42,034 nt of DNA. Source: Acidimicrobiia bacterium (GTDB taxonomy: Bacteria > Actinomycetota > Acidimicrobiia > IMCC26256 > PALSA-555). Under the pieces are notes generated by a model, which did no database searches, was not told where the DNA came from, and worked only from the letters and a program-made list of their open reading frames with translations. The position numbers were made by a program, and so were the translations under genes. The stretch is taken from assembly GCA_022865365.1 (NCBI GenBank), contig JALHSW010000079.1, forward strand, positions 1 through 42,034. The letters run 5' to 3'. Shown in pieces: positions 33,398 to 42,034 of this stretch (its first letter is position 1; each line of letters starts with the position of its first letter).

Positions 33398-34261
33398 ATG
33401 ACGATGAACGGGAAGGTCGTGCTCATCACCGGCGGCAACGCGGGTGTCGGCAAGGAGACGGCGGTGGGACTCGCGCGCGAAGGTGCGCACGTCGTCTTCA
33501 CATCCCGTGACCCGGCGCGGGGTGCGGACGCGCTCGCCGACATCCGGAAGCGTTCCGGCAGCGACACGGTCGAGGTGATGCCGCTCGATCTCGCCAGCTT
33601 CGCCTCGATCCGCACCTTCAGCGAGGCGTTCCTCGCCTCGCACGACCGCCTCGACGTGCTGGTCAACAACGCGGGACTCGTGCAGCAGCAACGTGCGCTC
33701 ACCGACGACGGCTTCGAGATGACGTTCGGCGTCAACCACCTCGGCCACTTCCTCCTGACCTCGCTGCTCCTTGACCGATTGTGTGCGAGCGCGCCGGCAC
33801 GCGTGGTGGTCGTCTCCTCCCACGCGCACAAGCACGCAGGAGGAGGACTCGATTTCGACGACCTGCAGTCGGAACGCGCGTACAAGTCGTTCCAGGTGTA
33901 CGGCAAGACGAAGCTCGCGAACATCTACTTCACGCGTGAGCAGGCGCGACGAGTCGACCCGTCCGAGGTCACGGTGAACGCACTGCACCCCGGGTTCGTC
34001 GCCAGTCGCTTCGGACGCGACGGCGACACCGGACGGCTCGGTGACGTTGCGATGGTGCTGGGCCGACCGTTTGCGATCAGCCCCGAGAAGGGCGCCCTGA
34101 CGTCGATCTGGCTCGCGTCGTCACCGGACGTCGAGGGAACGACCGGTGGGTACTTCTACAAGTGCAAGCCCTCGACCCCATCGAAGCTCGCGCAGGACGA
34201 CGAGATCGCCCGCCGCCTCTGGGCGGTGAGCGACGAGCTCGTGGCCGGAGCCGGCGCGTAG
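33398..34261 (+). CDS. short-chain dehydrogenase/reductase (retinol-dehydrogenase-like SDR)
   Basis: It has ITGGNAGVGKE (TGxxxGxG), NNAG, and the catalytic YGKTK. 287 aa from ATG 33398. Confidence 0.88.
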   Translation: MTMNGKVVLITGGNAGVGKETAVGLAREGAHVVFTSRDPARGADALADIRKRSGSDTVEVMPLDLASFASIRTFSEAFLASHDRLDVLVNNAGLVQQQRALTDDGFEMTFGVNHLGHFLLTSLLLDRLCASAPARVVVVSSHAHKHAGGGLDFDDLQSERAYKSFQVYGKTKLANIYFTREQARRVDPSEVTVNALHPGFVASRFGRDGDTGRLGDVAMVLGRPFAISPEKGALTSIWLASSPDVEGTTGGYFYKCKPSTPSKLAQDDEIARRLWAVSDELVAGAGA

Positions 34262-34277
34262 GCCCCGGCCGCGGGCG

Positions 34278-35903
34278 TCACGTCTTCGAGATGCCCACGA
34301 CCGGGACGACGCCGGCGAAGAGCGAGAACGGGCGCCCACCGCCATCGGGCAGCGGCGGCCCGGTCACGCCCTTGACGTCGGTCTGGTAGCCGACAGCCCA
34401 CAACGTGTACCAGGCCCAGACGTTGTAGAGCTCCTTGCCGAAGCGCTGGTTGAGCTCGCGGTAGATCGCCACCCGTTTCGCGGGGTCGGGCTCGGATCGT
34501 CCAGTGTCGAGGAGCCGGTCGATCTCGGGGTCGTTGATCCGGCTGAAGTTCACCGGCGAACCGCTGTGCCAGTAGACGTACTGGACGTCGGGGTCGCCGC
34601 CCGGGTGGAAGCGGAAGCTCAGCGCCTGGAACTTCGCCGCGACCGCCTCGGCGACGAGCGTCGGCTGGTCCACGGTTCGGATCGTCACGTCGATGCCCGC
34701 CTTGGCCATCTGCTCCTTCAAGAGCTCCGCGATCGCGACCGTGTCGGGCTGCTGCACCGTGACGTACTCGAACGCGATCGGCTCACCGTGCGCCTGCTCG
34801 TACTGCTTGTTCAGCTTCTTGGCCTTGTTGACATCGTGAACGATGGGGCTCTTCGCCAGGTGGGCCGCGTTGTCGGGCGGGAACGGCCCGGTCGCGATCG
34901 TGTTCAGCCCCGTGTTGCGGATCTCGTTGATGAGGACAATGTCGCTCGCCGCCGCGACGGCCTGGCGCGCGATCGGATCGTCGAACGGCGGCTGCGACAC
35001 GTTCAGCATCAGGTAGAACGTCTCGGCCCCCTTGTCGGAGACGATCACGTTGACCTCGCCTGCCGCGGCCTTCCCCTTGAGATCCGCGATGCTCAACGAG
35101 TTCGATGTCGTGATAACACCGAGATCGCCGCCCTGGAGTCCGTTGATTCGGCTCTGGGGGTCGGTGAGCGGGCGGAACACGATCTCGTCGAGGTACGGCA
35201 GCCCCTTGCGCCAGTAGCTCTCGTTCTTCTTCACCGTGAGTGACTCGTTCTGGCGCCACTCGTCCAACTGGAACGGGCCCGTCCCGATCATGTTCGTCGC
35301 ACAGGTCACCTTGTCGGCGAGCTGCGCCGGCGCGACCATCGCCCGACGATCGGCCCAGTACGCCGGGAACGCCACCCACGGCACCTTCGTCGTCACGACG
35401 ACCGAGAGTGGGCCGGTGATGTCGACGCTGGCCACGTTCCGGAAGTTGAACACGTTCAGCCGGGGCACGATGACGGGGTTCGCCCCCCGATAGGTGTCGA
35501 GGTTGAGCTTCAACGCCTCGGCGTCGAACGGCGTGCCGTCATGGAACTGCACACCGGGGCGAAGCGTGATCGTCCATTGCGTGGAGTCGGCGTTCGGCTC
35601 GAACGACTTCGCCAGGTACGGCACGTACTCACCCTTGGCGTTCAGCGTCACGAGCGTGTCGTAGATGGCGCTGACGACCTGGAGGCCCGACGCGGCGAGG
35701 GTCGCATCTGGCAGACAGAAACCGCCGGTTGTCTCGGCCTCGAGCCCGAACTCTACCGAACCGCCCAACTTGGGCTTCGCCGCATGCTGCGCACGAGCCT
35801 GGCGGTCGGCGCCGGCCGGTGCCGCAACCGCGCTCAACATGGCGGCACTGAGTGCCAAACCCCCGACCAGTGCGCCGACCCGGCGTCGACGTGTCCCCGA
35901 CAT
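34278..35903 (-). CDS. ABC-transporter substrate-binding protein, family 5 (peptide/nickel type), copy 1
   Basis: ATG 35903 has a GGGAAGGGAAG SD. It has a twin-arginine-like signal peptide (MSGTRRRRVGALVGGLALSAAMLSAVAAPAGA). SBP_bac_5-type core motifs are VSAIYDTLV, VQFHDGTPF and GTGPFQL. Confidence 0.88.
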   Translation of the reverse strand: MSGTRRRRVGALVGGLALSAAMLSAVAAPAGADRQARAQHAAKPKLGGSVEFGLEAETTGGFCLPDATLAASGLQVVSAIYDTLVTLNAKGEYVPYLAKSFEPNADSTQWTITLRPGVQFHDGTPFDAEALKLNLDTYRGANPVIVPRLNVFNFRNVASVDITGPLSVVVTTKVPWVAFPAYWADRRAMVAPAQLADKVTCATNMIGTGPFQLDEWRQNESLTVKKNESYWRKGLPYLDEIVFRPLTDPQSRINGLQGGDLGVITTSNSLSIADLKGKAAAGEVNVIVSDKGAETFYLMLNVSQPPFDDPIARQAVAAASDIVLINEIRNTGLNTIATGPFPPDNAAHLAKSPIVHDVNKAKKLNKQYEQAHGEPIAFEYVTVQQPDTVAIAELLKEQMAKAGIDVTIRTVDQPTLVAEAVAAKFQALSFRFHPGGDPDVQYVYWHSGSPVNFSRINDPEIDRLLDTGRSEPDPAKRVAIYRELNQRFGKELYNVWAWYTLWAVGYQTDVKGVTGPPLPDGGGRPFSLFAGVVPVVGISKT

Positions 35904-35947
35904 ACGGCTTCCCTTCCCGCCCGAAGGCGGCGTCAGGTCTTCGAGGA

Positions 35948-37579
35948 TCAGGTCTTCGAGATCCCCAACACCGGGATGACCCCGGCGAAGAGGGAGAACG
36001 GTCGCCCACCGCCGTCGGGCAGCGGTGGGCCGGCCACGCCCTTCACGTTGTTCTGGTAGCCGACCGCCCACAGCGTGTACCAGGCCCAGAGGTTGTAGAG
36101 CTCCTTGCCGAAGAGCTTGTTGAGCTCCCGGTAGATCGCGACCCGCTTCGCTGCGTCGGGCTCGGATCGTCCCTCGTCGAGGAGCCGGTCGATCTCGGGG
36201 TCGTTGATGCGACCGAAGTTCGTCGGCGAACCGCTGTGCCACCACACGTAATTCGTGTCGGGGTCGCCGCCCGGGTGGTTGCGAAAGGCCACCCCCTGGA
36301 AGCTTCCTGCGATCGCCTCGTTGATTTGCGTTGCCTGGTCGACGGTGCGGATGCTCACGTCGATGCCCGCCTGCTTCTCCTGCTCCTTGAAGAGTGCCGC
36401 GAGCGCGATCGTCTCGGGGTCGGGGTTCGTGAGGTACTCGAAGCTGATGGGCTGACCGTGCTTCTGTTCGTACTCCGCGTTCAGCTTCTTGGCCCTCGCG
36501 ACGGAGTGGATGCGGGTGTTGTTCTTGACGTAGGCCGGGTTGTCCGGTGGGAAGGGCCCGGTCGCGATCGTGTTGAGCCCCTTGTTGCGGATCCGGTTCG
36601 ACTCGCGGGCGTCGCCCCCCGCGGCGACGGCCTGGCGCGCGATCGGGTCATCGAACGGCGGCTTCGACACGTTCAGCATCAGGTACCCCGTCTCGGCACC
36701 GTTGTCGGAGACAATCACCTTGTTGTCCCCGGCCTTGGCGCTCTGCTTGAGGTCCAGGATGCTCTGTGAGTTCCCCGTGGTGATGAGATCGAGATCGCCG
36801 CTCTGGAGCCCGATGACGCGGCTCTGGCTTTCGGTCAGGGGCTGGAACACGATCTCGTCGAGGTACGGCAGGCCCTCCTGCCAGTACTTCGTGTTCTTCG
36901 CCACCGTCAACGACTCGTTCGGGCGCCAATCGACCAGCTTGAACGGCCCCGTCCCGATCATGTTCGTCGCGCAGGTCTCACGGTCGACGAGCTGCGCCGG
37001 ACCGACCATGCCCGTGCGCCCGCTGCCGCTGAGCAGCGCCGGGAACGCGACCCACGGCACCTTCGTCGTCACGACGACGGAGAGCGGACCGGTCACCTCG
37101 ACGCTCGCGACGTTCTGCCAGACGAAGACGCTCAGCCGCGGCTTGATGTTGGGGTTCTGTCCCCGGTAGGTGTCGAGGTTGAGCTTCAACGCCTCGGAGT
37201 CGAACGGTGTCCCGTCGTGGAACTGCACATCGGGGCGGAGCGTGATCGTCCACTGCGTGAAGTCGGCGTTCGGCTCGACCGACTTCGCGAGGTACGGCAC
37301 GTACTCGCCCTTGGCGTTCAGCGTCACGAGAGTGTCGTAGATCGCGCTGACGACCTGGATGCCCGACGCGGCAAGCGTCGAATCCGGGAGGCAGAACCCG
37401 CCATTCGTCTCGGCCTCGAGCCCGAACTGCACCGAACCGCCCGACTTGGGCTTGGTCGCATGCTGTGCACGAGCCTGGCGGTCGGCGCCGGCCGGTGCCG
37501 CGACCGCGCTCAACGTGGCGGCACCGATAGCCACCACCGCGACCAGTGCGGTGATCCGGCCTCGACGTGTCCCCGACAT
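35948..37579 (-). CDS. ABC-transporter substrate-binding protein, family 5, copy 2 (tandem paralogue)
   Basis: Starts at ATG 37579. The protein is collinear with copy 1 over its full length and identical at most positions by eye, including the signal peptide and the C-terminal ...GGGRPFSLFAGV(V/I)PV(V/L)GISKT. Confidence 0.88.
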   Translation of the reverse strand: MSGTRRGRITALVAVVAIGAATLSAVAAPAGADRQARAQHATKPKSGGSVQFGLEAETNGGFCLPDSTLAASGIQVVSAIYDTLVTLNAKGEYVPYLAKSVEPNADFTQWTITLRPDVQFHDGTPFDSEALKLNLDTYRGQNPNIKPRLSVFVWQNVASVEVTGPLSVVVTTKVPWVAFPALLSGSGRTGMVGPAQLVDRETCATNMIGTGPFKLVDWRPNESLTVAKNTKYWQEGLPYLDEIVFQPLTESQSRVIGLQSGDLDLITTGNSQSILDLKQSAKAGDNKVIVSDNGAETGYLMLNVSKPPFDDPIARQAVAAGGDARESNRIRNKGLNTIATGPFPPDNPAYVKNNTRIHSVARAKKLNAEYEQKHGQPISFEYLTNPDPETIALAALFKEQEKQAGIDVSIRTVDQATQINEAIAGSFQGVAFRNHPGGDPDTNYVWWHSGSPTNFGRINDPEIDRLLDEGRSEPDAAKRVAIYRELNKLFGKELYNLWAWYTLWAVGYQNNVKGVAGPPLPDGGGRPFSLFAGVIPVLGISKT

Positions 37580-37790
37580 ACGACTTCCCCCTCCCGCCCG
37601 AAGGCGGCGCGCTTCGACCGCGCACTCTAGGCCAGGGATCCGTCCTCTGGGCCTCGTGGTCGAACCCACTCGCTGTTCACGCCCTCTGTTCGCGCCCATG
37701 CGCCACACCCGTGCTCCCTACCCATGAGGCAAACCCGGGCGAGCGCGTGTAGAAAAGGTGGACCCACGAGAGCAACCCAGGAGAGCCGTC

Positions 37791-39002
37791 GTGCCCGAAG
37801 CCGTGATCGTCGCTACTGCCCGCACCCCGATCGGGCGGGCCAACAAGGGCTCCCTCGTCGAGTGTCGGCCCGACGACCTCTCGGCCACGGTCGTACGGGC
37901 CCTCCTCGACAAGGTCCCCCGGCTCGACCGGAACCTCGTCGAGGACGTCGTGTGGGGCAACGGTCAGCCGGCCGGCGAGGCCGGGTACAACCTCGGCCGC
38001 GTCGTCGCGATCCTGGCCGGGATCCCTCAGGCGCCTGGCGTGACCGTCAACCGCTACTGCTCGTCGTCGTTGCAGACCATCCGGATGGCCGCGCACGCGA
38101 TCAAGAGCGGTGAGGGCGACGTGTTCGTGGCCGGTGGGTGCGAGACCGTCAGTCGGTTCGCCACGGGCATGTCCGATGGCCTCCCCGGGACGCACAACGA
38201 GAAGCTCGCCGATGCCGAGGCGCGCACCGCGAAGCGGCACGAGGGTGGCCAGGACTCGTGGACTCCGCTGGACGGTCTGCCCGACGTCTACATCTCGATG
38301 GGTGAGACCGCCGAGAACGTCGCCGAGTACAAGCAGGTCAAGCGCGAGGAGCAAGACGAGTTCGCGGCATTGTCACAGAACCGCGCGGTCGAGGCACAGT
38401 CGAACGGGTTCTTCGAGCGCGAGATCACACCGGTGACGACGCCCGCTGGAGACGTGGTCACCAAGGACGACGGTCCCCGGCCCGACACCACCGCCGAGAA
38501 GCTCGGGCAGCTCAAGCCTGTGTTCCGTCCCGACGGGACCGTGACGGCGGGGAACGCGTGCCCGCTGAACGACGGTGCGGCGGCGGTCGTGGTCATGAGC
38601 GACACCAAGGCGAACGAGCTGGGCATCACGCCCCTGGCGCGCGTCGTGGCGTCAGGTGTCTCGGCGCTCGATCCCGAGATCATGGGGCTCGGTCCGGTCG
38701 GTGCGAGCCAACAGGCACTCGCGCGCGCCGGCCTCACCATCGACGCGATCGACCTCGTCGAGATCAACGAGGCGTTCGCCGCGCAGGTGATCCCCTCCGC
38801 GAAGGAGCTCGGGATCCCGTGGGAGAAGCTGAACGTGAACGGTGGAGCGATCGCGCTCGGTCACCCGTTCGGCATGACCGGGGCTCGCATCATGACGACG
38901 CTGATCAACGGGCTCGAGGACCGCGACGGGCGCTACGGCCTCGAGACGATGTGCGTCGGGGGCGGTCAGGGCATGGCGATGATCATCGAGCGTCTCACGT
39001 AG
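37791..39002 (+). CDS. acetyl-CoA C-acyltransferase (thiolase)
   Basis: GTG 37791 has an AGGAGA SD 7 nt upstream. Motifs VIVATARTPIG, NRYCSSSLQ (active-site Cys), NVNGGAIALGHPFGMTGAR and CVGGGQGMAM. Confidence 0.9.
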   Translation: MPEAVIVATARTPIGRANKGSLVECRPDDLSATVVRALLDKVPRLDRNLVEDVVWGNGQPAGEAGYNLGRVVAILAGIPQAPGVTVNRYCSSSLQTIRMAAHAIKSGEGDVFVAGGCETVSRFATGMSDGLPGTHNEKLADAEARTAKRHEGGQDSWTPLDGLPDVYISMGETAENVAEYKQVKREEQDEFAALSQNRAVEAQSNGFFEREITPVTTPAGDVVTKDDGPRPDTTAEKLGQLKPVFRPDGTVTAGNACPLNDGAAAVVVMSDTKANELGITPLARVVASGVSALDPEIMGLGPVGASQQALARAGLTIDAIDLVEINEAFAAQVIPSAKELGIPWEKLNVNGGAIALGHPFGMTGARIMTTLINGLEDRDGRYGLETMCVGGGQGMAMIIERLT

Positions 39003-39044
39003 TCGGCTCGCGCCGGTCAGGGCGAGCGGGCGGAGGACCACATC

Positions 39045-40127
39045 ATGGCGACGCGCGTCCCACCGGCGTGGGTGATCCGCCCACTCCTCGCCGCGCGCAA
39101 CGGCGTCGCGAAGCTCCACCGGGGCATGGTGCCGCCCGAGGTACCCCTGCTCGAGCGATCGCTCGGCCTCGTCGACACCAAGGCACTCGCCGTCGCCGCC
39201 GAGCTGGGCATCGCGGATCACCTCGCCGGCGGCCCGCGGAGCGCATCAGACCTGGCGAGCGCCTGCTCGGCCGATGCCGACGCACTCGATCGCCTGTTGC
39301 GCTTCCTCACGGGGCGCGGCGTGTTCCGAACCACGCGCGACGGCTCCTACCGCAACAACCAGTCGTCGGAGCTCCTCCGGAGCGACCACCCGGGCTCGAT
39401 GCGGGCCTGGGTTCGCTTCTACGGCGCCGACTGGCATGTCGCGAGCTGGAACCGCCTCGACCACTCGATCCAGACGGGGAAGGCCGCGGCCGAGGTTGCG
39501 CTCGGTCACCCGTTTTGGGAGTACCTCACCGAGGTGGACCCCGACGCCGGTGCGCTGTTCGACGCCGCGATGGCATCGACCACGGCAATCCAGATGGATC
39601 TGGTCGGGAGGAAGTACGACTTCGTCGGCCGGGTGTGCGACATCGGGGGCGGTACCGGAACGCTGCTCGCGTCCGTGCTCCAGGCGAACCCCGGCACCAC
39701 CGGCGTGCTGTTCGACCTGCCGACGGTGGTGGCGAAGGCCCCTCCGGTACTCGAAGCGGCCGGCGTCACCGATCGCGTCGAGATCATCGGGGGCAGCTTC
39801 TTCGAATCGGTGCCCGCGGGGTGCGACCGCTACCTGATGCAGGCGATCGTGCACGACTGGGACGACGACTCGTGCGTGCAGCTCCTGACGAAGTGTCGCG
39901 AAGCGATGGGTCCCGGCGGACGCGTGCTCGTGCTCGAGGCGATCGTGCCCGAGCACGACGGCGATCACTTCGTGAAGGCCGTCGACCTCGAGATGCTCGT
40001 CGACACCGGCGCCGGACGGGAGCGCACCCGGGCGCAATTCGACTCCCTGTTCGCGCGTGCCGGCCTCCGCGTGCGCACGGTCGTCCCGATCGCAGTATCG
40101 AGCCTCTTCGAGCTCGAACCCGCCTGA
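39045..40127 (+). CDS. class I SAM-dependent O-methyltransferase (Methyltransf_2 / COMT-like with N-terminal dimerisation domain)
   Basis: It has the SAM motif VCDIGGGTGTL, then FDLP, GGSFFESVP, and YLMQAIVHDWDD. It has a GGAGGA SD. Confidence 0.85.
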   Translation: MATRVPPAWVIRPLLAARNGVAKLHRGMVPPEVPLLERSLGLVDTKALAVAAELGIADHLAGGPRSASDLASACSADADALDRLLRFLTGRGVFRTTRDGSYRNNQSSELLRSDHPGSMRAWVRFYGADWHVASWNRLDHSIQTGKAAAEVALGHPFWEYLTEVDPDAGALFDAAMASTTAIQMDLVGRKYDFVGRVCDIGGGTGTLLASVLQANPGTTGVLFDLPTVVAKAPPVLEAAGVTDRVEIIGGSFFESVPAGCDRYLMQAIVHDWDDDSCVQLLTKCREAMGPGGRVLVLEAIVPEHDGDHFVKAVDLEMLVDTGAGRERTRAQFDSLFARAGLRVRTVVPIAVSSLFELEPA

Positions 40128-40134
40128 GTTCTCC

Positions 40135-41040
40135 CTATTCGGCGCCATAGACGGGCTCGGGGTCGCGGACCTCAGCGAGCAGCTCGCGGACCACCGGACC
40201 GAGCTCGGCCGGGTCCCATCGGTCGCCCTTGCCGCGACTCGGTCCGTGATGCCACCCGTCGGCCACGCTCACCACACCGCCTTCGAGCTCGAACACTCGC
40301 CCGGTCACATCGCTCGACTGTGAGCTCCCGAGCCAGACGACGAGCGGCGACACGTTGGCCGGATCCATCGCGTCGAAGCCTGACTCCGGGCGCGCCATCA
40401 TCTCGGTGAACACGCCCTCGGTCATGCGCGTGCGCGCCGAGGGAGCGATCGCGTTGGCGGTCACACCGTAGCGACCCAGCTCGGCGGCCTGCACGAGCGT
40501 GAGCGCGGCGATGCCCGCCTTCGCTGCCGCATACGCGGCTTGCCCGACGCTGCCGAGCAGGCCGGCACCGCTGCTCGTGTTCACGATGCGACCGACGACC
40601 GGGGCACCGGCCTTGGATCGGTCGCGCCAGTACGCCGCCGCGTGCCGGCTCACCGCGAAATGTCCCTTGAGATGCACGCGCACCACCGCGTCCCACTCGT
40701 CCTCGGCCACGTTGGCGAACATGCGATCCCTGACGAACCCGGCGTTGTTGACCACGACGTCGAGCCCACCGAACGCGTCGAGCGCCGTCTGCACCAGGCG
40801 TGCGGCACCGTCGAAGTCGGCGATGTCGTCCGCATTCGCGACCGCTTCGCCACCAGCGGCGCGGATCTCCTCGACCACTTCCTCTGCCGCGTCGCTCCGC
40901 GGGTCCGAACCGTCGAGCGCGACCCCGAGGTCGTTCACGACGACCTTGGCTCCGGCCGCCGCGAAAGCGAGTGCGTGCGCGCGACCCAAGCCGCGCGCCG
41001 CCCCGGTGATGATGACGATACGGTCGTCGCAGAGGCCCAT
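40135..41040 (-). CDS. SDR-family oxidoreductase (Rv0148/Hsd4A-N-terminal-like)
   Basis: It has ITGAARGLGRA, NNAG, and the catalytic YAAAKAG. It also has a ~50-aa C-terminal extension beyond the Rossmann core. Confidence 0.87.
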   Translation of the reverse strand: MGLCDDRIVIITGAARGLGRAHALAFAAAGAKVVVNDLGVALDGSDPRSDAAEEVVEEIRAAGGEAVANADDIADFDGAARLVQTALDAFGGLDVVVNNAGFVRDRMFANVAEDEWDAVVRVHLKGHFAVSRHAAAYWRDRSKAGAPVVGRIVNTSSGAGLLGSVGQAAYAAAKAGIAALTLVQAAELGRYGVTANAIAPSARTRMTEGVFTEMMARPESGFDAMDPANVSPLVVWLGSSQSSDVTGRVFELEGGVVSVADGWHHGPSRGKGDRWDPAELGPVVRELLAEVRDPEPVYGAE

Positions 41041-41060
41041 GGGGCGGTTACCGTACCCGC

Positions 41061-41903
41061 GTGGACTACGGGATCACGATGTTCGCAACCGACACCTCCA
41101 TGTCGGTGCCCGCCCTCGCGCGCGCGGCCGAGGAGCGCGGCTTGCACTCGCTCTTCATCCCCGAGCACACCCACATCCCGACCAGCCGTCGCACGCCGGC
41201 GCCGACCGGCGCCGCGGAGCTCGCCGAGGAGTACCGGCGCACGGTCGATCCCCTCGTCGGGCTCGCGGCGGCAGCTTCCATCACCGAGCGGATCCGCTTG
41301 GGGACCGGCATCTGTCTGATCGCCCAGCGTGAGCCGATCGTCACCGCGAAGGCGATCGCGACGATCGATCAGCTCTCGGGCGGGCGCTTCGAGCTCGGGA
41401 TCGGCTTCGGGTGGAACCACGAGGAGATGGAGGACCACGGGGTCGACCCCAAGCGGCGGCGCGACCAGGCGCGCGAGCACATGCTCGCGATGCGCGCGCT
41501 CTGGACCAATGACGTGGCATCCTTCGACGGTGAGTTCGTGCACCTCGAAGCGTCGTGGTCCTGGCCCAAGCCGGTCCGGCCGGGTGGACCGCCCGTCCTC
41601 ATCGGAGGGGCTGCCGGGCCGAAGATGTTCGCGCACATCGCCGAGTACGCCGACGGCTGGATCCCGATCGGCGGGGCCGGTGTGCGCGCTGCGCTGCCCG
41701 ACCTGCATCGCGCGTGCGAGGCAGCCGGACGAGACCCGGCCGCGTTCCGAATCATCCCCTTCGGAACGCTCCCCGATCCCGGGAAGCTCGAGTACTACGC
41801 CTCGATCGGGGTGACCGAGATCGTGCTTCGAGTTCCGACCGGAGATGCCGATACGGTCCTGCCTGTCCTCGACGACCACGCACGGGTCGTGGCCGACCAG
41901 TGA
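41061..41903 (+). CDS. LLM-class F420-dependent oxidoreductase
   Basis: The motifs LFIPEHTHIP, RIRLGTGI and GGRFELGIGFGWN are typical of the F420-linked LLM subgroup (Rv2161c-like, from memory). GTG start. Confidence 0.85.
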   Translation: MDYGITMFATDTSMSVPALARAAEERGLHSLFIPEHTHIPTSRRTPAPTGAAELAEEYRRTVDPLVGLAAAASITERIRLGTGICLIAQREPIVTAKAIATIDQLSGGRFELGIGFGWNHEEMEDHGVDPKRRRDQAREHMLAMRALWTNDVASFDGEFVHLEASWSWPKPVRPGGPPVLIGGAAGPKMFAHIAEYADGWIPIGGAGVRAALPDLHRACEAAGRDPAAFRIIPFGTLPDPGKLEYYASIGVTEIVLRVPTGDADTVLPVLDDHARVVADQ

Positions 41904-41925
41904 GGGGCACGAGGGAAGGAAGCTC

Positions 41926-42034
41926 ATGAAGCGGTTCGTTCCCCTCGCGGTCGTCACGGCCCTCGGTCTCACGCTGTTCGTCGTGCCGTCCGCCGGCGCC
42001 AAGGGCACCGACATCTGCGCCTTGGTCACCAAGA
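41926..42034 (+). CDS. secreted protein, 5' fragment (runs off the right edge); resembles the N-terminus of the 20181..20684 product
   Basis: ATG 41926 is preceded by GAGGGAAGGAAG. The protein reads MKRFVPLAVVTALGLTLFVVPSAGAKGTDICALVTK: a signal peptide, then K..D/N.C.AL, as in copy 20181..20684. It is not in the ORF track because it has no stop in the window. Confidence 0.5.
   Translation, partial: MKRFVPLAVVTALGLTLFVVPSAGAKGTDICALVTK

Larger units (their letters stand above)
34278..37607. repeat. tandem ~1.65-kb gene duplication (two SBP genes plus their leader hairpin)
   Basis: The two units are alignable at the DNA level end to end. Each is preceded on the minus strand by the same CCGCC-UUCG-GGCGG hairpin (35930-35917 and 37607-37594) and a purine-rich SD. 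A 15-bp tandem copy of the stop region (35933-35947 / 35948-35962) marks the junction. Confidence 0.85.

Noticed and set aside
1-42034. Mobile elements, prophage, defence islands, tRNA/rRNA genes
   Set aside because: I recognised no transposase, integrase, recombinase, toxin-antitoxin or restriction signatures. No AT-rich island or flanking direct repeats were seen. All intergenic gaps are 255 bp or less and lack tRNA-like cloverleaf segments. The DUF429, DEAD-box and HhH-GPD genes are scattered single genes in housekeeping contexts, not a clustered system.

Overview
This is a very GC-rich, Actinobacteria-like chromosomal segment with about 45 densely packed genes. I found no tRNA or rRNA genes, no CRISPR array, and no transposase, integrase or phage genes. 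The backbone is the conserved branched-chain amino-acid and serine neighbourhood. On the minus strand, gltX (cut by the left edge and absent from the ORF track), a FadE-like acyl-CoA dehydrogenase, a hypothetical gene, cimA, ilvE and leuB form one tightly coupled gene string. leuC-leuD, leuA with a coupled methyltransferase, and serA lie further along. Other genes sit between or after these:
- an EamA transporter, greA, a DUF429 gene and an acyl-CoA ligase
- a CPA2 antiporter fused to a GlnD-like ACT module, with its own small winged-helix regulator
- an aminotransferase, a DEAD-box helicase, and a divergent HhH-GPD / VOC pair
- an OmpR/histidine-kinase pair followed by an EEP-family nuclease/phosphatase
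- an ECF sigma / anti-sigma / glucosaminidase-lipoprotein module
- an LLM-P450-ferredoxin cassette, an MFS exporter and SDRs
- two tandemly duplicated family-5 solute-binding proteins with no transporter partners
- a thiolase, an O-methyltransferase and a second LLM oxidoreductase

Many long ORFs in the track are antisense or out-of-frame shadows typical of high-GC DNA, so several start sites were moved to internal ATG/GTG codons.

The most notable observations read directly from the sequence are:
1. Two candidate leader-peptide attenuators whose codon content matches the operon they precede: LLL before leuA, and L-T-V-I-V-I before leuB-ilvE-cimA.
2. An in-frame TGA interrupting the acyl-CoA dehydrogenase, which shares its frame with the upstream ORF.
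3. The unusual antiporter / degenerate-GlnD / ACT-ACT fusion, co-transcribed with a small OmpR-type regulator and divergent from leuCD. A tandem 11-bp-phased direct repeat lies in the shared intergenic region.
4. A Tam-like methyltransferase translationally coupled to leuA.
5. A CTAG-rich palindrome filling the whole HhH-GPD / VOC intergenic region.

No defence or mobile system was recognised.
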